Source: Candidatus Undinarchaeota archaeon
GTDB taxonomy: Archaea; SpSt-1190
Assembly: GCA_964549355.1 (NCBI GenBank)
Contig: CAZJUS010000028.1
Coordinates: 1 to 10,656, forward strand
DNA length: 10,656 nt
Direction: 5' to 3'
Part shown: piece after piece, positions 6,316-10,656 of the stretch
Layout: each line of letters starts with the position of its first letter
Position numbering within the stretch: the stretch's first letter is position 1
Translations under genes and position numbers: made by a program
Notes under the pieces: generated by a model
Databases searched by the model: none
Told to the model about the DNA's origin: nothing
The model's input: the letters and a program-made list of their open reading frames with translations, nothing else

Positions 6316-7485
6316 GTGGAAGATGTCGGAAGCCTGCGCTTTGAGAGGATGAACGCCTCTCTGCACAAGCAGGAGCTCAAAGAAAGGGTTGCCAAAATCA
6401 GAGACAAGAATCTGCCCTTGATTCCGGGGTTGTGGAAGCGGGCCGAAGCCGAATTCAGAAAAAACAGGACTTCACTTTATTTTGCAAAAGATGCAAAAGA
6501 AGCCTGCAGGATGGTTGCCCGCATAGCCAAAGGCAAAGGCACGATAGTCAAAAGCAAAACCAATGTCGGGCTTGAAATAAAACTCAAGGACTACCTGCGC
6601 GACAGGGGGGTCCGGGTGGTGGAAACAGACTGCGGAGATTATATTGTGGATGTGCTGAAACAGGATGCAGTGCACCCTATCAACCCTGCATTGGCGGTGG
6701 CTCCGGAAAAGCTGGCCGGGCGCTTCGGCACGGCAGACCCAAAGAAAATCAAAGAAGCTGTCCGAAAAAAAATCGGCAGTGAATTTGAAAAAGCAAAGGT
6801 GGGGATTACCGGAGCCAATTTTGTTTCGGCAGATGGTTCAGTTGTGCTGATTGAAAATGAAGGCAATATTGCCAAAGTCCTGACCCGCCCGGTCTTGATT
6901 ATAGTCACCAGCATAGAAAAAATTGTGAAGGACAGGAGTGAAGCGATGCTTTGCGCTGAAGCCCAGAGCATATTTGCAACTGACAGGATGGCAAAACTTA
7001 TTCACTTCATAAGCGGTCCAAGCGGGACGGGCGATCTTGGTGAATATCAAGGAGGCATGCATGGGGCCGAAGAGGTCCACATTGTCGTTGTTGACAATGG
7101 AAGAAGTGAATTGATGAAAGATGAAAGCAGACGGGATATCCTCAAATGCATTAACTGCGGATTGTGCGTTCTGTCGTGCCCGGTTTTTCCGCATGTCGGA
7201 TTGGAGCAGAGTGGAATGAGGGGGGTTGCGATTGAAAGCGGGGCGGCAGGATATGCAGGCCTGGAGGAGGCTTGGAAATGCACAGGTTGCGGGCTGTGCG
7301 AAAAGGTCTGCCCTGTAGGGATAGACCTGCACAAGATTGCACTGGCAATCCGAAGGAAATTGGCAGGCACGGGCCGTCAAACAGCCAGCAACAAAAAAAT
7401 GATTGAAAATGTGAAAAAAACGGGGAATTCCGCCGGAAAAATTGCGGAAGACCGTGGAGCAAGGGAGCTGGTCTATTGTTGCTGA
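6316..7485 (+). CDS. LUD-domain (LutB/LldF-like) protein with a 2x[4Fe-4S] ferredoxin domain and C-terminal YCC
   Basis: LUD/LutB motifs VKSKT, VETDCGDYI, GITGANF, ENEGN, ISGPS.TGD and VVVDNGRS. Cluster motifs CINCGLCVLSCP and CTGCGLCEKVCP. Ends ELVYCC-stop. Confidence 0.9.
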   Translation: MEDVGSLRFERMNASLHKQELKERVAKIRDKNLPLIPGLWKRAEAEFRKNRTSLYFAKDAKEACRMVARIAKGKGTIVKSKTNVGLEIKLKDYLRDRGVRVVETDCGDYIVDVLKQDAVHPINPALAVAPEKLAGRFGTADPKKIKEAVRKKIGSEFEKAKVGITGANFVSADGSVVLIENEGNIAKVLTRPVLIIVTSIEKIVKDRSEAMLCAEAQSIFATDRMAKLIHFISGPSGTGDLGEYQGGMHGAEEVHIVVVDNGRSELMKDESRRDILKCINCGLCVLSCPVFPHVGLEQSGMRGVAIESGAAGYAGLEEAWKCTGCGLCEKVCPVGIDLHKIALAIRRKLAGTGRQTASNKKMIENVKKTGNSAGKIAEDRGARELVYCC

Positions 7486-8741
7486 AACATAAGTGGCTGC
7501 TGGGAGTGTTGGTTCTTATCAGCCTGAGCTCTGCAGTATATGCAGCAGACAACTGCGTGACAGTATTTTGGGGCAGGGGGTGCCCGCACTGTGCTCAAGC
7601 CAAGGACTACTTGAACCGGTTGCAGGACGAGCTGAACTTTACAATGGTCATGTATGAAGTGTATTATTCAAAAGTGAACCAAGAGGTATTCACAAATACG
7701 AGTTTCCATTATGAATCCGTTCCGTCAGGAGTTCCAACCATCATTGCAGGGGATCGCATCTTCATTGGCTTTGAAGACAGCAACGAATCCATTTTCTTTG
7801 AAAAGTACCATGCATGGAAGGGGACTTCCGGAGAAATCCGGAGAGCTATAAAAAATGGAGGGCATGCATGTCCGCCGACAGTCCAATCGAAGGGTGGTGA
7901 ATTTTTAGGGGATCCTGAAATAATCCGCAACAAGGAATCCACAGCAAATCCGGATGCTTCAAATTACTCTCCAGGTTTATTTGAAAGGATTGAACAAAAA
8001 ATTATGGGATACTACCGGGATGAAAGCATAAGTCCGGCCGAGAGGCACAACATAAAATACGTTATATTTTCAGCAGGCCTGCTAGGACTCGGCGACGGCA
8101 TACTCAATCCCTGCACTCTGTCAATAATCTTATTCTTGGTCGCATACCTGCTTTCGGTTAAAGCCAAAGACAGGATTATTCCCTGCGGTTTGTCCTTTAT
8201 TGCCGGAGTGGGTTTGGTCTACGGGGGCTTCCTGTTGGCTTTGCTGTTTGTAATGCAGCATTTCTTCTTGGGATTCGCAGGGATTGCAAGGACTGCCTTG
8301 GCATTGATAGCGGGGGGCTTCGGTCTGCTGGAATTCCGGGAAGCGTCCCTGATAGGCAAAAAAGATGCCGGCAGAAAACTGCTTGCAATTCCGGACAAAG
8401 CCATGAAGAAGCTCAACCAAATGATCAAGCTGGCAACGCCTGTCAGTTCTTTCGTAGTTGGTTTGTTTGCAGCCTTCGCAGAAATTCCGTGCGCCGGCAG
8501 TTTTCCATTGGTGTTCACGGGCATTGTCACTGGACTGCCCAAGGCCACTTGGCTCCCACTGGTCCTGCTTTATATCCTGCTGTTCACTGCTCCGCTGGCC
8601 CTGCTGGTGACGGCATTCAGATTTGGCCTAAGTGCTGAAAGGGTCGAAAATCTGCGCCGGCGCAGAAAGAAAGGGTTGCGCATATTTGCAGGTTTTGTAC
8701 TGATTGGATTTGCATTCTGGTTTTTGCTGGGGGGCCGATAA
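7476..8741 (+). CDS. Exported thioredoxin/glutaredoxin-fold (CPHC) domain fused to a CcdA/DsbD-beta transmembrane domain
   Basis: Signal peptide (..SSAVYA). FWGRGCPHC, with CPHC at 7581-7592, and the cis-Pro loop GVPTII.GD..FIGF. About 6 TMs with the two CcdA cysteines (DGILNPCT and AEIPCAG). TTG start overlaps the upstream stop, with GGGAG just upstream. Confidence 0.9.
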   Translation: MLLKHKWLLGVLVLISLSSAVYAADNCVTVFWGRGCPHCAQAKDYLNRLQDELNFTMVMYEVYYSKVNQEVFTNTSFHYESVPSGVPTIIAGDRIFIGFEDSNESIFFEKYHAWKGTSGEIRRAIKNGGHACPPTVQSKGGEFLGDPEIIRNKESTANPDASNYSPGLFERIEQKIMGYYRDESISPAERHNIKYVIFSAGLLGLGDGILNPCTLSIILFLVAYLLSVKAKDRIIPCGLSFIAGVGLVYGGFLLALLFVMQHFFLGFAGIARTALALIAGGFGLLEFREASLIGKKDAGRKLLAIPDKAMKKLNQMIKLATPVSSFVVGLFAAFAEIPCAGSFPLVFTGIVTGLPKATWLPLVLLYILLFTAPLALLVTAFRFGLSAERVENLRRRRKKGLRIFAGFVLIGFAFWFLLGGR

Positions 8742-8743
8742 AG

Positions 8744-9433
8744 ATGTCAATCTGGAGAAAACTGCTGGGGGGGAACACGCTATTCTACAGGGGATGCATG
8801 GTGAGCGCAGTCTATCCGCACATCGGGGAGAATTATGAAAAAATTCTCCGGCGCGGGGGTGTGAATTTCATTGTGCTGGAAGATGAAATTTGCTGCGGGT
8901 CGCCGGTGAAAAAGGCGGGGGATGAAAAAACATTCCAGGAAACTGCAGAAAAGGTCTACCGGAAATTCAAAGAGCATGGAATTGTCAAGATAATCACGCC
9001 GTGCCCCGCATGCTTCCACACATTCAAGTCCATCTACCCAAAAATTGTGGAGGGGTGGGATATTGAAGTCAGGCATGCGACGCAGGAGATTGCGGAGCTG
9101 GTGAAAAAGGGGAAGCTGAAACTTGAGAGGAAGGGAGGGGCCTTTGTCTTCCACGACCCCTGCCACCTCGGCAGGGCGGAGGGGGTCTATGATGAGCCCC
9201 GGGAGATAGTGCGGGCGGTCGGGAAGCTTGAGGAGTTCCCGGAAAACAGGGAGCTGAGCCTGTGCTGTGGCGGGGGCGGAGGCATGCCGGCCAACTGCCC
9301 TGAGCTGGCAGGGGAAATGGCAGAGAAGCGGGTGAAACAAGCCAAAGGCAGAACAATAGCAACTGCGTGCCCGATGTGCTATCATCAGCTGAAAAAAGCT
9401 GGGGACGCCAAGGAGATAAGCGAATTGCTTTGA
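8744..9433 (+). CDS. Stand-alone double CCG-domain Fe-S protein (HdrB/HdrD C-terminal, GlpC, LutA superfamily)
   Basis: Two CXnCCGXnCXXC units: FYRGC..EICCGSP..ITPCPAC and FHDPCHLGR..LCCGGGGG..ATACPMC. Starts 2 nt after the previous stop. Confidence 0.92.
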   Translation: MSIWRKLLGGNTLFYRGCMVSAVYPHIGENYEKILRRGGVNFIVLEDEICCGSPVKKAGDEKTFQETAEKVYRKFKEHGIVKIITPCPACFHTFKSIYPKIVEGWDIEVRHATQEIAELVKKGKLKLERKGGAFVFHDPCHLGRAEGVYDEPREIVRAVGKLEEFPENRELSLCCGGGGGMPANCPELAGEMAEKRVKQAKGRTIATACPMCYHQLKKAGDAKEISELL

Positions 9434-9437
9434 AATT

Positions 9438-9459
9438 AGGTTTATATATGTCCAAACCT
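9438..9459 (+). promoter_or_regulatory. TATA box of the Cys-rich gene, flanked by a 6-bp inverted repeat
   Basis: AGGTTT-atatatgtcc-AAACCT. TTTATATA at 9441-9448 lies about 22 bp upstream of the ATG at 9470. Confidence 0.55.
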
Positions 9460-9469
9460 GAAAGAACTG

Positions 9470-10656
9470 ATGAGAAGGCATGCTCTGTTGGTGTTGTTTG
9501 TATTTTCTCTCGTTCTTTCATCAGCATTTGCAAATGGATGCAAAAAATGGGGCCCTGCATGGCTCACCAATGCGGATTTCCCCATGTGGACTTGTTCAGT
9601 CGAAAGTGATTGCAATCAATGTCCATCGGATTATCCGGGTGGGACCTATAAAGGATATGTCAATGGGATAACAACTTCGACTCTCTCAAAAACTTTCAAT
9701 GGGGTGGGTCGAGTATACTCATCAACATATGTATATAGCAGCGATAATTATCCAGCAACCCCGGGTTTTTGCAGTAAAATATCCCCTCCACAATCCGAAT
9801 ACTGGCTTTATGCTGCAAATGATGAAATCCCAGGTGGTCTAACTGCCGATAATGATGGGGATGACTGTATGGTTACATGGGACAGCGGAGACGGTTGTGA
9901 TACAAAAAGATATGGCAAATATGATTATGATCTGGGGGCGTGTGTTGAGTGTTCTGGTAAAGAAAGAACCCGAAAACTTGACCCAAAGGATGGGGACTGG
10001 GAAGATATAACCGACGTCTGCACAACTGCTTGCGGGGGGAGTTCAAAATGCGAGGGATATCCTGCATCCAGTTGTAAAGGAAACAGCGGATCATGCGATG
10101 CATCTTGTAATTTTAATACGAATGCAGATTCAAATTCATTAACATGCGGGTGTATGGTAGGCGTAAGTAGATGGAATTTGGGTGGGGAAATTTCACCAAC
10201 AACATGTTGCGGAGATGACGACAACGAATACCGCACATATTGTGTCGGAGGGGACATAACCTGCGATACTGGAGGTTCTGCATGTTGTGATTCCTCATCG
10301 GATTGTATGTATGACGATGTTTGCTATGCTTCAGGGGACACACATAATGTAGATGGGGACAGCGATACGGATTATTGTGTGGGGGGGGTATGGTACGACA
10401 AGTTGTCTTGCAAAGATGGTCCTGCATCGGAACCGTCGGGGTGGCCTTATTGTGATTATGATTCCGACTGCAATCCAGTGTGTTCCAATGGCTTCTCGTA
10501 CGGAACGGCAGGGGATTGCAATACTCAATTGGAAGAGGGTCTGTGCACAAACGATCTAGGAAACTGCATCTGCAAAAAACAAGTTGCTATTGATGTAGAT
10601 GGGGATGGTGACATCTCAGATAATGATGATATATGCATAAACAATGCTGACATTAC
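9470..10656 (+). CDS. Secreted Cys/Asp/Gly-rich surface protein, 3'-truncated by the window (at least 395 aa; missing from the ORF track)
   Basis: Manual translation from ATG 9470 is open to the window end: MRRHALLVLFVFSLVLSSAFA|NGCKKWGPAW...ACVECSG...TTCCGDDDNEY...ACCDSSSDCMYDDVCYASG...DVDGDGDISDNDDIC. It has a classical signal peptide, about 35 Cys by hand count, and DxDGD motifs. Confidence 0.9.
   Translation, partial: MRRHALLVLFVFSLVLSSAFANGCKKWGPAWLTNADFPMWTCSVESDCNQCPSDYPGGTYKGYVNGITTSTLSKTFNGVGRVYSSTYVYSSDNYPATPGFCSKISPPQSEYWLYAANDEIPGGLTADNDGDDCMVTWDSGDGCDTKRYGKYDYDLGACVECSGKERTRKLDPKDGDWEDITDVCTTACGGSSKCEGYPASSCKGNSGSCDASCNFNTNADSNSLTCGCMVGVSRWNLGGEISPTTCCGDDDNEYRTYCVGGDITCDTGGSACCDSSSDCMYDDVCYASGDTHNVDGDSDTDYCVGGVWYDKLSCKDGPASEPSGWPYCDYDSDCNPVCSNGFSYGTAGDCNTQLEEGLCTNDLGNCICKKQVAIDVDGDGDISDNDDICINNADI

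Noticed and set aside
7483..7527. Selenocysteine read-through of the TGA after YCC, which would give YCC-U-NISGCWECWFLSA
   Set aside because: The extension overlaps the signal-peptide coding region of the next gene. No SECIS-like element was recognised and no Sec machinery is visible in the window.
6316..9433. Straight annotation as lutAB lactate utilisation or as cytochrome c biogenesis
   Set aside because: Domain homology is real, but no separate LutC, permease, heme-lyase genes or CXXCH proteins are in the window. Gene symbols were therefore withheld.
8780..9481. 233-aa minus-strand ORF, and similar ones at 5522..6271 and 6838..7380
   Set aside because: They are antisense to better-supported genes.
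9873..10559. Several short ORFs listed at the right end
   Set aside because: All are explained as shadows or off-frame products of the long open frame starting at 9470.
10347..10605. 13-bp direct repeat ATGTAGATGGGGA (10347 and 10593) as a CRISPR, DGR or att repeat
   Set aside because: It encodes the repeated VDGD protein motif in the same frame. There is no array and no adenine-specific variation.

Overview
Archaeal genomic window, probably from a DPANN-type lineage. This is inferred from TATA boxes about 20-30 bp upstream of short-leader starts, a tRNA lacking encoded CCA and a CCGDD-type Cys-rich secreted protein. From left to right it contains: an AT-rich membrane-protein gene, open at the left edge; a small GC-rich hairpin cluster holding the 3' end of a tRNA-Tyr-like sequence (possible att site); a RelB-like/RelE pair arranged divergently; a rubrerythrin-VIT1 (MbfA-like) iron exporter; tRNA-Ser(GGA); a hypothetical membrane protein; cysS; a hypothetical gene; an Mpg/AAG glycosylase; a membrane-anchored wHTH protein; and another hypothetical gene. 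Next is a tightly coupled three-gene redox operon: LUD + 2x[4Fe-4S] ending in YCC, an exported CPHC thioredoxin-fold domain fused to a CcdA/DsbD membrane domain, and a double-CCG Fe-S protein. It is followed by a secreted Cys/Asp-rich ORF of at least 395 aa (9470 to the window end) that the ORF track omits. The most interesting hypothesis is that the operon is a quinone-independent, Fe-S-coupled trans-membrane disulfide relay serving Cys-rich surface proteins. All assignments come from motif recognition by eye; no database searches were run.
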